A DNA stretch of 64,000 nucleotides. Origin: Eledone cirrhosa (Eukaryota). How positions within the stretch are numbered: position 1 is the first letter of the stretch; each line of letters begins with the position of its first letter. The position numbers and the translations under genes are program-made. The notes beneath the pieces are model-generated. The model made no database searches. It saw only the letters and a program-made list of their open reading frames with translations, and was not told the DNA's origin. Location: the NCBI GenBank assembly GCA_964016885.1, contig OZ024757.1, positions 38,068,001-38,132,000 on the forward strand. The letters run 5' to 3'. Positions 30,445 through 49,964 of this stretch are shown in pieces.

Positions 30445-31291
30445 AGTAGATGGTGATGATGATGTAGATGATGATAATTATGGTTGATGTTATTGTTGTG
30501 GTCTGTTCGATGATAATGAATTAGGATAAGGATGCTGATAACGACGATAAAGATAATGTTGATTATCTTATTTACGATAATGATGACGACGTTGATGATC
30601 ATGGCAATTAACACGACGATGATAAGGAGGAAAAACGATGGCGATGATTATCTATAAACATGATTATGATGATGATGGTTATGATTATGGCAATTGACAG
30701 GACGATGATAACGATGATGATGATAACAATGGCGATGATGGTCACGATTATCTATAAACATGATAATGATGATGGTAATGATGATAAGGAAGGCGAGGTT
30801 TGGGATGTTGATGATGATGATGATGATGGTCAATATCATAACGATTATTATAACCATGGTAGCGGTGATGATAGCGATGATGATGATAACGATGATGACG
30901 ATAGTGATGGTGATATGGTATTGGTGATAGTGATGCTAATGAGGGTGAGGCTAGTGATGATAATGATGATGATGCTGCTAATGAGGAAGATGAGGATGGT
31001 GATGATGGTTACATTATTTCTAGAGGAGGCCCAATACTCTGGTAGAGAATATAATTCATCTGAATGAAGTATTGCTAATTATTGATGTTATCAGGACAAT
31101 AATATCGATTATATCGATACTGGTATCGATGAAAATGAGGATGATATAATAACTGTTTTTAGTTTTGGCACAAGGCCAGCAATACCCCAGTGCATTACTG
31201 GTACTTTATTTTATCGACCCCCCCCGTAAGGATGAAAGTGAAAGTTAACCTCGACGGGATGATGATATAATAATGACGGTATTGTTGGTCT

Positions 31292-31326
<35 letters not shown>

Positions 31327-31850
31327 CTGCTATTCATGGGGATGGTGTTATTGATGATGATGTTGATGATGATGATGACGATACTGATGCAATTGAATAC
31401 GGTTGATGATGATAATGATGATGATGATCGTATCATTGACGGTAATTTTGATGGTGGTGATCATGTTATTGATGATGGTAATGAAGACAATGATGATGAT
31501 GATGATATTGATGAAGATAACGATGATGATGATTATGGTGAAGATAACGATGATGATGATGGTGAAGATAACGATGATGATGATGGTGGTGGTATTGATG
31601 ATGTTATTGCAGATAAGAGACAGTACTGATAATGACGGATGATCTGATAGTTTTATTAGCAATAATTGTTGGAAGAGAGACTCAGATTGTGAAGACTATC
31701 GACTGTGTAACGGTGATGGATGTGAGATTGCTCCACCGATTATTACAGCTACAATGAGGATTATCTGGAGAGGAGACTTTGTGATGATGACGGTGATGAT
31801 GATGATGACGATGGTGACGATGGTGACGATGATGGTGATGATGGGTATGA
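30445..31850. repeat. degenerate (GAT)n trinucleotide region with a SINE A 3' fragment on the minus strand (about 31151-31261)
   Basis: direct reading; GGCACAAGGCCAGCAA..CTGGTACTTTATTTTATCGACCC. Confidence 0.9.
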
Positions 31851-31919
31851 CTACAGTGACGAGGATGGGGAGTCAGATGCTTTCTTCCATTCAATTAGCA
31901 GCTAGTTAAACATCGCAGG

Positions 31920-31924
31920 TATAT

Positions 31925-31970
<46 letters not shown>

Positions 31971-32064
31971 TATATACACATATATATATATATAATATAT
32001 ATATATATACATATATATATATAATATATATATATAATATATATATATATACATATATATATAT

Positions 32065-32098
<34 letters not shown>

Positions 32099-32420
32099 AT
32101 ATATATATATATAAACACATATATATACACACATATATATACACACATATATATACACACATATATATACACATATATACACACATATATATATACACAC
32201 ACATATATATATACACACATATATATATATACACACATATATATATATATACACATATATATATATATATACACACATATATATATATATACACACATAT
32301 ATATATATACACACATATATATATACACACACATATATATATACACACACATATATATATACACACACATATATATATATATACACACATATATATATAC
32401 ACACACATATATATATATAT

Positions 32421-32500
<80 letters not shown>
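31920..32500. repeat. (TA)n/(CA)n compound microsatellite
   Basis: direct reading. Confidence 0.95.
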
Positions 32501-32505
<5 letters not shown>

Positions 32506-32508
32506 CAG

Positions 32509-32559
32509 GGCTTCCTGATGATTTCTCCCGAATGAAACAGTTCTAGTCCCGTAGAAGCC
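32509..32559 (+). ncRNA. type I hammerhead motif (family C2)
   Basis: GGCTTC CTGATGA TTTCTCCCGAAT GAA ACAG-TTCTAGTC-CCGT A GAAGCC; 6-bp stem I; other copies have CTGT, giving a perfect 4-bp stem III; predicted cut after GUA at 32553. Confidence 0.75.
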
Positions 32560-33119
32560 TTTATATATATATATATATCTTTAAAGACGCAAAGGTGTAA
32601 TGGTGACACATTGGTCCAGCAAACTAAATCTGTGATTTCGTGTCCCATATACATCAATATTCATCCTTTTTCCCATTTAGAGGTTTTTTTAATCCCAACT
32701 AACAGACTAATAGTATGCAGTGAAATACGGCGTAAGCACATGTTACTACATATTTTTCAAATTCAGTAGCTATATCTAAACAAAGCTGGCTTCGTGTCTT
32801 CATATTTATATACATATACGTAAAGATAAACTTCTGTGTGTATATATATTTATATACACGCAAACGAATACATCTATGTATGAACCTGTATGTATATACG
32901 CACGCAGATACACTCACACACATATATACACATAGATCCACCGAGTAACAAACACAGTTAAATATTCAGACAGAGAGTGTTTATATCATATGGAGAAACT
33001 TCTAGAGTTTAATTCTTTTAACATTTAAATGGAAGTAAACATAACTAGAACGAGAAACACCAGGCGTAACATTTCGACGGTTTCTCAGGATTTTTTTAAA
33101 CATCGCCTGTATTTTTTAG

Positions 33120-33162
<43 letters not shown>

Positions 33163-33694
33163 TATAATTACTACCTATTATGTTATACCACACACGCATC
33201 TGAAATTATGAATATGTACAAACACATACGTATATATATATATATATATATTCATACACACATTTATGTAAACACAAAAAACATTTATATATATTCAAAT
33301 AAATATACACACGTATTTGTACCGGCACGCATACACACACGCACGCACACGCACACACACGCACACACACACACATATATAGATATAGATATATACATGT
33401 GTTTTTATACACACACACAAATCTATCTATATATATATATATATTGCAATGTGAATTTTTTAGAGACAATATACACACACATACACACTACACACACATA
33501 CACACTTATTTTTCAATTTAAATGTTACAGCAGAAATATCAGACACGCGCACGTAAAAGACTACCTACCCCCCACCTCACACACTTAAACATAGACTAAT
33601 ACTACGTCTAGAAACCTCGTATTTACGGACGCTAATAGGAATACATAACACTTCTGAATGTACGTATCATTTGGGTTGGTGTGTATATATATGT

Positions 33695-33787
33695 ATAGGA
33701 AAAGAGTCAGGATTTCGACGGATATTTCTGGATGAGTACTCGGGTGCGTTATGGTCCACCTGGTTCCTTACCACACTTCCTTCGTTA
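33695..33787 (-). mobile_element. family C1 copy
   Basis: reverse complement of the 6158/28519 head (GAGTACTCGGGTGCGTTATGGTCCACCTGGTTCCTTACCACACTTCCTTCGTT). Confidence 0.85.
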
Positions 33788-33882
33788 TATATATATAGAT
33801 ATAGATATAGATAGATATAGATAGATGAGATTCTACAGGACTAGAACTGTTTCATTCTTTAGAATAACGTATATATATATAT

Positions 33883-33940
33883 TGTTATGCTTTGGGAGGG
33901 TCATGTTGCCAATAAGAAACACACATTCAGAAACGAAATA
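33883..33940 (+). mobile_element. family D mini-copy, an internal deletion derivative of 58737-58998
   Basis: TGTTATGCTTTGGGAGGGTCATGTTGCCAATAAGAAACACAC joined to ATTCAGAAACGAAATA. Confidence 0.85.
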
Positions 33941-33964
33941 TATATATATATATAAATATATATA

Positions 33965-34143
33965 AAGTTATTCCGGGGTCAATCGACGTAGCCACAGAAA
34001 GTAAGGTACCCAATACATAGCAGAGTATAGATGTTTTAATATAGAAAAGCTTCTACAGGACCTGAACTATTTTATTCGTGAGAAATCATCAGGAATCTAC
34101 CTTGTGACTTCTCACGAATGAAACAGTTCTAGTCCTATAGTAG

Positions 34144-34145
<2 letters not shown>
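33965..34145 (-). mobile_element. family C2 element with an inverted duplication of its hammerhead region (34048-34145)
   Basis: 33965-34075 is the reverse complement of 58583-58693; left arm reads AGATTC CTGATGA TTTCTCACGAAT AAAA..CTGT A GAAGC on the minus strand; another fragment at 33828-33858. Confidence 0.8.
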
Positions 34146-34182
<37 letters not shown>

Positions 34183-34185
34183 AAA

Positions 34186-34685
34186 AATAACAGATTTCGC
34201 TGCTTTCACACTTAACGGGATCTTCAGAAACTAAAAAAAATCAATCTGTGAACGCAGAAGAAAATATTTCGAAAAACGTTGCAACCGAAGGAAGACAGGA
34301 AGACTACTTTGGTTCGTGGAGACATTCGCTGGCAAAGAACGGAAAAATACAAAGATAATACGTCATAGACTAATAATCTATTTAGGTTGTTCGTGGAAAC
34401 GTAAATAGAATATTAGTCTACGACTTCTTTTATACGATAAACGTGGTTTTGTCTTTGCGTGTAATTGTTCTCAACGGTCCAAATAATGACGTATTATCTT
34501 CGTTTTTTTTCGTTCTTTGCCAGGGAACGTCTCCACGAACCAAAGTATCGTCTTCCTCTCTTCCTTCGGTTGCAACGCTTTTCTAAATATTTACTTCTGC
34601 CTCCACAGTTTGATTTTTTTTTACTTTTAGAAGATCCCGTTAAGGCTGAAAGCAGCGATTCTTTGCTTAAACTTTAATCTGTTAT
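34186..34685. repeat. foldback element with imperfect arms of about 180-200 bp (34186-34366 / 34486-34685)
   Basis: AAGATAATACGTCAT/ATGACGTATTATCTT; CTTTGGTTCGTGGAGAC/GTCTCCACGAACCAAAG; CTTAACGGGATCTTC/GAAGATCCCGTTAAG. Confidence 0.9.
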
Positions 34686-34770
34686 GTTAATAAATATTTG
34701 CTCTACGGTTCTTATATTGATCCTTATCGAGCCTTCTTTGGATTTTAGTCTTCAAATTTATTATTATTAC

Positions 34771-34816
<46 letters not shown>

Positions 34817-35179
34817 TTATATTAACGCTAAATAGGGGGACTTCTTAATCTGGAGTTTCAGCTGTTTTACACTGGGAACTATGTGATAAACAGCTATAAA
34901 TTTATAAAAGGAAGTATGCTTGTGTCTTCTATTCTCTGTCTTCATTGAGAAGTTTCCTGAGGATTAATAACATTATTATTATTCGGCGACAACAGTCGGG
35001 ACACCAAAGTAAGCAGCTAAAAGATTTGTTTCTTATCTTGTTTAGTGTTCCCAAATATATATATATATATATATACACACACACGCACGCATAAGTTTGT
35101 GTAAATATATATATTTATATATACACACACACACGCATAAGTTTGTATAAATATATATATATATATACGTATAAGTTTG

Positions 35180-35230
<51 letters not shown>

Positions 35231-35779
35231 GTATGAATGTGTGTATATGTGTATATATATTATATATGAATGTGTGTACGATGAAATTATCACCTCTGAT
35301 TGAATGATTAGTATATATGTGTATAAATAGATTGTTAGATAGACAGATACATATATAGATATCGATAAAAATTCGATTTGATTAGTTCTGTACAATTAAA
35401 ACTTACTGAATGCCGCTCGTTTATCAAAACATTCAACATTTCATGAATGGCTAGATCGGAATTATACAGAGATATCAATCAAATTTATATTTAGATATTC
35501 ACCAGAATTATCTAAATTTAAATGACAAAAACACCCACACCACACATGAGCACATAATTACACATTTACACAAGCATATATACTTACACAAGAGTACATA
35601 TATATATATATACACATATACGTACACACCCAATTTGTTTAAAAAAGGATGATAAATAGATCGAGTTATGAGACTGAAATGAGAAGTGTAACAATGTACA
35701 ACACTTTAAGATTATTAAAATATAAAGAAAAGGTATGTGTGAGTGTGTGTATGTATACACAGACACACACAGACACACA

Positions 35780-35789
35780 CAACACACAC

Positions 35790-35840
<51 letters not shown>

Positions 35841-35843
35841 CAC

Positions 35844-35884
<41 letters not shown>

Positions 35885-35887
35885 TAT

Positions 35888-35924
<37 letters not shown>

Positions 35925-35935
35925 TATACATATAC

Positions 35936-35985
<50 letters not shown>

Positions 35986-36007
35986 GTATCTATATATACA
36001 TATATAC

Positions 36008-36062
<55 letters not shown>

Positions 36063-36065
36063 CAC

Positions 36066-36158
<93 letters not shown>

Positions 36159-36163
36159 CACAC

Positions 36164-36194
<31 letters not shown>

Positions 36195-36197
36195 CAC

Positions 36198-36230
<33 letters not shown>

Positions 36231-36233
36231 CAC

Positions 36234-36284
<51 letters not shown>

Positions 36285-36401
36285 CATATATATACATATA
36301 TATATATATTTGATATATATATATATATATGTATATATATACATATATATATATACATATATATGTATATGTATGTATGTATATATATATATGTATGTAT
36401 G

Positions 36402-36436
<35 letters not shown>

Positions 36437-36500
36437 TTATGTTTATATATATAAGTATATATATATAATGTATATATGTATGTATATATATGTATGTATG

Positions 36501-36531
<31 letters not shown>

Positions 36532-36571
36532 TTATGTTTATACATATAAGTATATATATATATATATAATG

Positions 36572-36607
<36 letters not shown>

Positions 36608-36752
36608 TATATTTATATATATATATATATAATGTATATATGTATGTATATATATGTATATGTATATATGTATGTATATATATATATGTATATATGTATG
36701 TATATATGTATATATGTATGTATATATATATATATATATATGTGTATATATG

Positions 36753-36790
<38 letters not shown>

Positions 36791-36840
36791 TGTGTATATA
36801 TATATATATGTCTATATATATATATATGTATGTATATATA

Positions 36841-36883
<43 letters not shown>

Positions 36884-36942
36884 ATATGTATGTATGTATA
36901 TATGTATGTATGTATATATGTATGTATATATATATGTGTATG

Positions 36943-36975
<33 letters not shown>

Positions 36976-36979
36976 AAAA

Positions 36980-37019
<40 letters not shown>

Positions 37020-37372
37020 GTATGTATAAATAATATATATAAATATATATATGTATGTATAAATATATATATATATATATGAATATATATATGTATGTAT
37101 AAATATATATATATATATATTTAAATATATATATGCATATATATATATATATATAAATATATATATGCATATATATATATAAATATATATATGCATATAT
37201 ATATATATATGCATGTACGTATGTACCGTATGTATGAGCGTATAATTAAATATAACTTCACAAGCACACACAGTTTATTCATATTCACTTAATACAAACA
37301 CTCACTCACTCCTTCACACACTCACTCACTCCTTCACACACTCACTCACTCCTTCACACACTCACTCACTCC

Positions 37373-37440
<68 letters not shown>
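35780..37440. repeat. interrupted (TA)n array and a 20-bp minisatellite (ACACTCACTCACTCCTTCAC four times, about 37298-37380)
   Basis: direct reading. Confidence 0.95.
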
Positions 37441-37442
<2 letters not shown>

Positions 37443-38078
37443 GAAATATTATTTTCAAAATCTTAAGATATCAAATGTGAAAACTATTTAGAGATATTTC
37501 ATTTGATAACGTTTGTGAACATTTCTTATGTCATTTATATTCAAATATATTTCTGTGTAACTCACCCACACACACATTATATATAGGTATGTATATATAT
37601 ATATATACACGTATACGTGTGTGTGTACATGTATGCGTAGGTATATATATATATATACGTTTTTAAAGTCTGTCCGTAAAATGTGGTAGTAAAACACACT
37701 TATTCACTCATACACATTCCTTCATATTCTCATACACACACACTCTCTCACTCGCACTCACACACTCGCACTCGCACTCTCTCACTCTCACTCGCACTCA
37801 CACACTCTCACTCGCACGCACACACTGTCACTCGCACTCACACACTCTCACTCGCACTCACACACTCTCACTCGCACTCACACACTCTCACTCGCACTCA
37901 CACTCTCACTCGCCCACGCACCCTGTGAGAACCAATCTTCTTTCCAAGTCTTTATACAGAAGATCTTTTCTCCAAAAAGATGGAAAATTAGAGAAAAAGA
38001 AAGGGCATTTGAAACAGATATACAGGGATAACTGACCCGAGTTATTGACCGGTACTTTTTATGAACCTTTAAATTGAT

Positions 38079-38335
38079 TCTTCTTCGCTGACTTATTCCT
38101 GAGATGGTGGCGGAGGCAGAGCCCTCAAAGACTTCCTTAAGCGGGACCTGACAGAAGCAATCGTCTCCAACTCATCCGGATGGTTCCCCAGGCATGTCTA
38201 GCCAAGCTCATGGATATTATGCAACAATGTTGCTCGGGGTCTACCCCTGGGTCTCCTACCTGTAAGTGTTGCCATTAAAATGACTGCACAAGCAGGAGTA
38301 GGGATACTCTACTCTGTCCTGTTAACATCCTCATA
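38079..38335 (-). mobile_element. RTE-clade LINE 3' remnant
   Basis: minus-strand translation ATLTGRRPRGRPRATLLHNIHELG*..LRALPP contains the RTE C-terminal GRRPRGRP motif; ends in a GAA repeat. Confidence 0.75.
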
Positions 38336-39048
38336 TAATTATATATATATTTTCTATATTCCTTAGTTTCAGAATTAAGTTGATGTTGCTTTCCCTAAAT
38401 CTTTATCTTGTACTACATTGTTTGTCAATCAATTCATTCAATTGGAACCTAAGTATCGAAGGATACGTTAGATTTGCTAGTTTACTTTTCAAGACAAGTA
38501 AATACGTAATTCTCACTCGACGTAGGAAATTGCTAATTAAAGTCCTTCATGTAGTCTCATTTATTTCCTTGTAATATGTATTTCTCTTTGTCTTCAAAAT
38601 ATCCTGATCTCTCTTCCTACATATCTTTTGATTTCCTACAAACTTTATATTCTCTTGCCTTCATCATATTTATGTTTGCATTATTTAAATAGCTTTCTCG
38701 TTATTATTTATATTTTCCCTGTACATCAATTTCTTGCTCTTAGCTTTCAAATATTTATATCTGTAATCATTTTGTAAAGATTTCCGTGTCAGCTCACGAG
38801 TAAAATCATCACTAAACATTTTTCTACATTTACCTCATAGTGGTGTAAAATGAATTTAAGCGAAATTTTAACTAAAGATATTCTTTCTCTAGATATTAAA
38901 TAAATATATATATATATATATTTATATATATTTATATATATATATATATATGTTTCTGTGTATATATATATATATATATATTTTTTTTTATGTGTATATA
39001 TGTATATATTTATATATATATATGTATGTATGTAGGTATATATATATA

Positions 39049-39098
<50 letters not shown>

Positions 39099-39344
39099 TA
39101 ATCATTCAATATTCGAAAGGAAAAGTTCAATAAATGTTATATTTATTGGATAGTATGACATAGAGCCGTCAGATAAACAAGAATATTACGAAGAACGATG
39201 CTTAATATTTTCTAAGATGAGTATGTTATGACAAGCATTCTTCGATTTTTAAATTAATTTCGATATATGAGTTAAGGCTACCATCACTATTTTGTATTAG
39301 CCTCTCTGTACTCGATCTTGTATGTATGTATGTATGTGTGTATA

Positions 39345-39690
39345 TGAAGACATATGGCTTAGTGGGTAGAGCGTTGTTCTTGCAATTGAGAGGTTGTGAG
39401 TTCGATTCTCAGACCGGGTGATGTATTGTGTCCTTGAGAAAGACACTTCATTTCAAGCTGCTGTTTATTTCACTTCACGTGGCTGTAGAAATTAGTTGCG
39501 AAGGCAATGGTGCCGTGTTGTTTCAGCCATTGCTTTTCGATGGTAGATAAATATAGAGAGGAAGAATTGACCCCAGTGCCTGACTGGTACTTTTTATCGA
39601 GCTTGATATGAAAGGCAAATTTAAGAGTTGGATTTGAATGATGACAGCAGGGAGCTGGAACAAATACCGCATAGCATGTTATCTAACATT
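39345..39690. mobile_element. SINE B copy (+, 39345-39537) followed by a SINE A-related copy (-, about 39555-39690)
   Basis: family motifs. Confidence 0.8.
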
Positions 39691-40184
39691 CGAATTAATG
39701 TATTAGATATTGTGTATATTGTGTATTAGACATGGTGCATTGTAGTGTTTTATATTATTGACCCTGAATAAATACATGAAAGGTCTGCTAAACTAAAGGG
39801 ATTTATTGATAGCTAATAGTTTGTGTCAACCTCGGCGGGATTAAAACACAATACGTATAGAGCTGTCTATACTGGAGCAAATTTAAGCAACTGAGAGTGC
39901 AAGACTACACCCTGGAAAGTATTCCAGTCCATCGCTGAGTAAAAGACCTAGCTATTGCTGCTACTCGTTTCCTGCTGTATATCCTGGGCAACATGCTCAT
40001 CCCTGTTCCTGTGTCCATAACCTACTGAGAATGCAAGACTACCCTCTGAACTCCAGTCTATTGTAGTTATAAACAACTAATTATGGCTGGTAATCAGATA
40101 TAAGTTGGTCTCGAAATCTGGAGACGCCAGATTCTACTTTAATATTTCAGAAAGCCGATGTCCTACATACAGTATGTATAAAAT

Positions 40185-40376
40185 ATAATTGTTTCTACCT
40201 TTGGCCTAAGGCCAGTAAATGACCCAGTACATTACTAGTACTTTATTTTATCGACCCCGTAAGGATGAAAGGCAAAGTTAACATCGACGGGATTTGAACT
40301 CAGATCGTAATGGGACGTAACTATGCTAGAAAACATGGCGTCCAACCCTCTACGGATACTACCAATTCACTGCCCT
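40185..40376 (-). mobile_element. SINE family A full copy
   Basis: reverse complement of the family A pattern. Confidence 0.9.
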
Positions 40377-41264
40377 ATATATAAAATATAATACAATATT
40401 CTATGCAGTAAACTATATAATTAGCTAGGAAAACATTAGCCAAACAAGATGAAAACTTTTCCAGTTTGAGGATTTTCTCACCAAGTTGTTCTAGTAAAAC
40501 AAAATATTTGTACGCTTGTACGAGATTATTCGATATATTTTTCTTTGTATACACAGTGGAAAGGAATCCTCAATAGTGTACGGATTAAGTGTATAAATGG
40601 AAGTGACAAATGAATGACAAGAAACTGTTTTTAAATTTCAATGCAACCTTACTAGTTCACTGAGAAAAGCTATTGTTAGTTTAACGTATCATCTCATATT
40701 TCAAAACGTTTTTCTCTATTTGGACATATCCCAAGGTTTTTGCTGTCTTCTACATAAAAGTGTTGTTGTTTGTAATGATATTTCTGTTTTCTTATGCCAA
40801 TCTTCTGATATAATTATGACATTGTCAACCTTTAGTAGATAACGACGATGGATGACTTTAACCAGTAACCTCCATATATCAAACAACTTTCTCTGAGATG
40901 AGCTGATCAGAGTGACCTATTTTAAATACTAATATAGATATATATATAATGTGTTTGTTTATTTATATATACATATATATGTGTGTGTAATGTATGTTTG
41001 TGTGTTTGTTTAAATTATGTATATATATTTATATGTGTGTGTGTCTGTGTAATGTATGTTTGTGTGTTTGTTTAAATTATGTATATATATTTATACTTGT
41101 TATTTTTATATCATGTATGTGTGTATATATTTGTGTGTGTATATTTATTTTGTATATTTATATATATGTAAATGTGTGTTTAGATTTTGTATGCATATAT
41201 GTGTGTGTGTGTTTATATGTATATATGGGTATACGTGTGTTTAATTATGTTATGTATGTAAAAT

Positions 41265-41434
41265 TTCTTCTCTCAGTAAGTATATACATAAATGAATAAA
41301 CAATTATATATATGTATATATATAAATATTGACATATACATATATACCATTGTATATATGTATATGTCAATATTTATATATATACATATATATAATTGTT
41401 TATTCATTTATGTATATACTTACTGAGAGAAGAA
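41265..41434. repeat. palindrome of about 170 bp with a 4-nt CATT loop
   Basis: TTCTTCTCTCAGTAAG..TATATAC-CATT-GTATATA..CTTACTGAGAGAAGAA. Confidence 0.95.
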
Positions 41435-41738
41435 TTTTTTTCTCGAAGTATTATATATATTTAATACATTCGTTCAATTAATCCCCTTAGTGATAAGATC
41501 TAAAGATTTGTTGTAGTTTGCAACCTTTTTACTGTATTTCTAGCCCTTTCCAGAAATACTGTGTTCTATTTTGGATATCACGGAAATACACAAACAACCC
41601 TCGGCTTACGGAAATATACATAAACATACATAAATATATTCCTATAATCCTTCGGAAATAACTTTTTTGAAAATGTATATATATATTTATAATAAATGTG
41701 TTTTATATATATATATATTTAAAATGTATATATATGAT

Positions 41739-41788
<50 letters not shown>

Positions 41789-41895
41789 AATGTATATGCA
41801 TACACACACACACATATATATATATATATGTATGAATATATATATATATATATATACATACGCGTGTAAACCATAATCTGTGTACAAAAAATACG

Positions 41896-42316
41896 AGGTT
41901 GGTATATTGGCAGTATCGGTAGAGAGTTGGACACCATGCTTTGCAGCATAGAGTTAAGACCCTTTATGATCTGAGTTCAAATCTTGCCGTGGTTAACTTT
42001 GCGTTTCATCGTTACGGGGTCGATAAAATAAAGTACCAGTAATGTACTGGTGTTATGTAATCGACTTTCCTCTACCCTTTAAATTGCTGGCCTTGTGCCT
42101 ATAGTATAAATTATTATTAATATTATTACAAAGGGCGGTGAATTGGCAGTATCGGTAGAGGGTCGGATGCCTTGCTTTCCAGCATAGTTACGTCCCTTTA
42201 CGGTCTGAGTTCGAATCCTGTCGAGGTTAACTTTGCCTTTCTTCCTTAAAATAAAGTACCAGTAATGTACTGAGTAATTGCTGGCCTTGTGCCCAAAGTA
42301 GAAACAACTATTATTA
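41896..42316 (+). mobile_element. two tandem SINE family A copies (41896-42120, 42132-42316)
   Basis: family A motifs. Confidence 0.9.
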
Positions 42317-42749
42317 CAACCATTGCCTCATAATTATCCAATAGACTGTACGATAATCTACCTTGCGGCATTAAAACTTTTCTATTCTGAATGTTCAATT
42401 AAGTTGATGTACATCCCTCTAGCTAGAGACGTGTTGATTTCCTGTTTGATAATTGTAAAATTCGCATTCACTACACACATTTATGTATTTTTTTTTTTTT
42501 TTTTTTGTTTGTTTGCTTGTTTGTTGTTTGTTTTTATTTTCTTCCGTACCACAAGAGGATGTGAAATTCCATTAAACACCGGTTATTATCGTAATACACA
42601 ACCTTTTCTCTCAAGTTGGATTGTTATTTCCGATTTCTTGCTAAACAACACTCTTGCCATCCAGTCTGTGTCAGACAAGCAACTCTTTCCTATTGTCACT
42701 CCTACTATCACTCTCATTGTTCCATTAACATATTCACTTGCGGGTAGAG

Positions 42750-43150
42750 TTGTCTCTCTGCTCTCTGAGTTCAAATTCCGCCGAGTACAACTTTGCCTTT
42801 CATCAATTTAAGGCCATTCATTAAGCATACATACTTGCCGATAGACGGCAAATTCGAAGAGTTGTTCTGATTCTCCGATCTCTTAGTTTAAATTCCACAG
42901 AGGAAAACTTTGCCTTTCATCCATTCAAGGCCATTAGGAAAGAAAGTACCAGTCTAGTACTATGTACGATTCTTCCTCTATATGTCATTCTCATTTCTAT
43001 TCTCTCTCTGCCTTCCTAAGATGTGCTCTCTCTCTCTTTAACCTTTCTGCTCTTTCTACCTTTTTGTCATTCTCTGGAAGAAATCTTCTGTATTCAGAGC
43101 TGGAGAGGATTCGTCTTCACCAGATTTGAACACCAGGCCTAAAATGCTAA
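42750..43150 (+). mobile_element. SINE A-related composite homologous to 21560-21900
   Basis: two partial bodies plus AAAGTACCAGTC..GATTCTTCCTCTATA..CTCTGGAAGAAATCT. Confidence 0.7.
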
Positions 43151-43489
43151 TACCCCTATTACCCCAAAACCTCTAATACCATTACGTCGCTTCTACGATT
43201 GCCTCAGATGTTAGCGCATAAAAAATAATATACTTGCAGGATTATTCCTAATTTCTGAGATTCTCAGAAACCGGAACTACATTAATGGAACGCTAAATAT
43301 TTAACCACAGAAGCCATGCCTGTACTTATCATTAACTCCGTCTTATAACTATATCATTATCCCTTTTTCTCTCCCTTCTTTCCCAATCAATCTGTCTTTT
43401 ATTTAGTTATTTATATTCTCTCTCACTTTTTCTCGCTCATTGTCTCAATCACTCAGGCTTTCTATCTCTCGCTTTCTCCCCCCCCCCCA

Positions 43490-49235
<5,746 letters not shown>

Positions 49236-49964
49236 CGAGAGAGAGAGAGAGGTATATGCATACATGGCATCGTCCATTTATCTTTAATAGTTCCATGAAC
49301 CTGTAAAACAGTCCACTGAAGCATGCAACATTTCCGGCGTCTGTGTCACCGATCAGACGAGATAACAATTTTGCCCCTTGGGAAGATCTTTGTGTGTTAA
49401 TTGTATATTTATGCCTTGTGGCATAATTAGAACTCGACATTGCAAGCTACCGACGCAGTTGATATGTTTCCTGACCAACAAGAATCTATACGCCGAATTA
49501 CACAACCATATTCTACTTAAGAGAACAAGCCATGTAGTATGAAAGAATTCATACATAGTTTCGTGACCTGCTACATATAACATTCACTACTTCCTCAAAT
49601 TAGATTCGAATTGGCTTCAGAAAAATAAATAATACTATGTATTCTTACACTGAAGCAACGTAATTTGAAGGCTGCTGTTTGAAAAAAATTCCCTCCACCT
49701 CAAACTCATTCAGATCGGGGAAGGGATTGGGAAATTGTTTATGACGACCGAGATAAGGATTACTGAGAATGTCTTGTTACGGAGGAGGTGTGTTCTCCAC
49801 GGTCTGAGGACGCATGTGGGCTCGACGGCAACAGGCACTCCTCAAGAGCTGGGGGTGGTTAATCAGGCTTCCAATCTTCCAATCTTTGACATTTTGTCTA
49901 AATTATGTATCAATATTGGCTTCTGATTTAGACACAAGCTCAACAATTTCACAGAAGGGGAAAT

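Noticed and set aside
30648-31894. Asp-rich, Met-rich and His-rich ORFs
   Set aside because: Degenerate (GAT)n tract interrupted by a SINE
42323-42811. 162-aa ORF
   Set aside because: Non-ATG start, poly-T run, ends in a SINE, no motif
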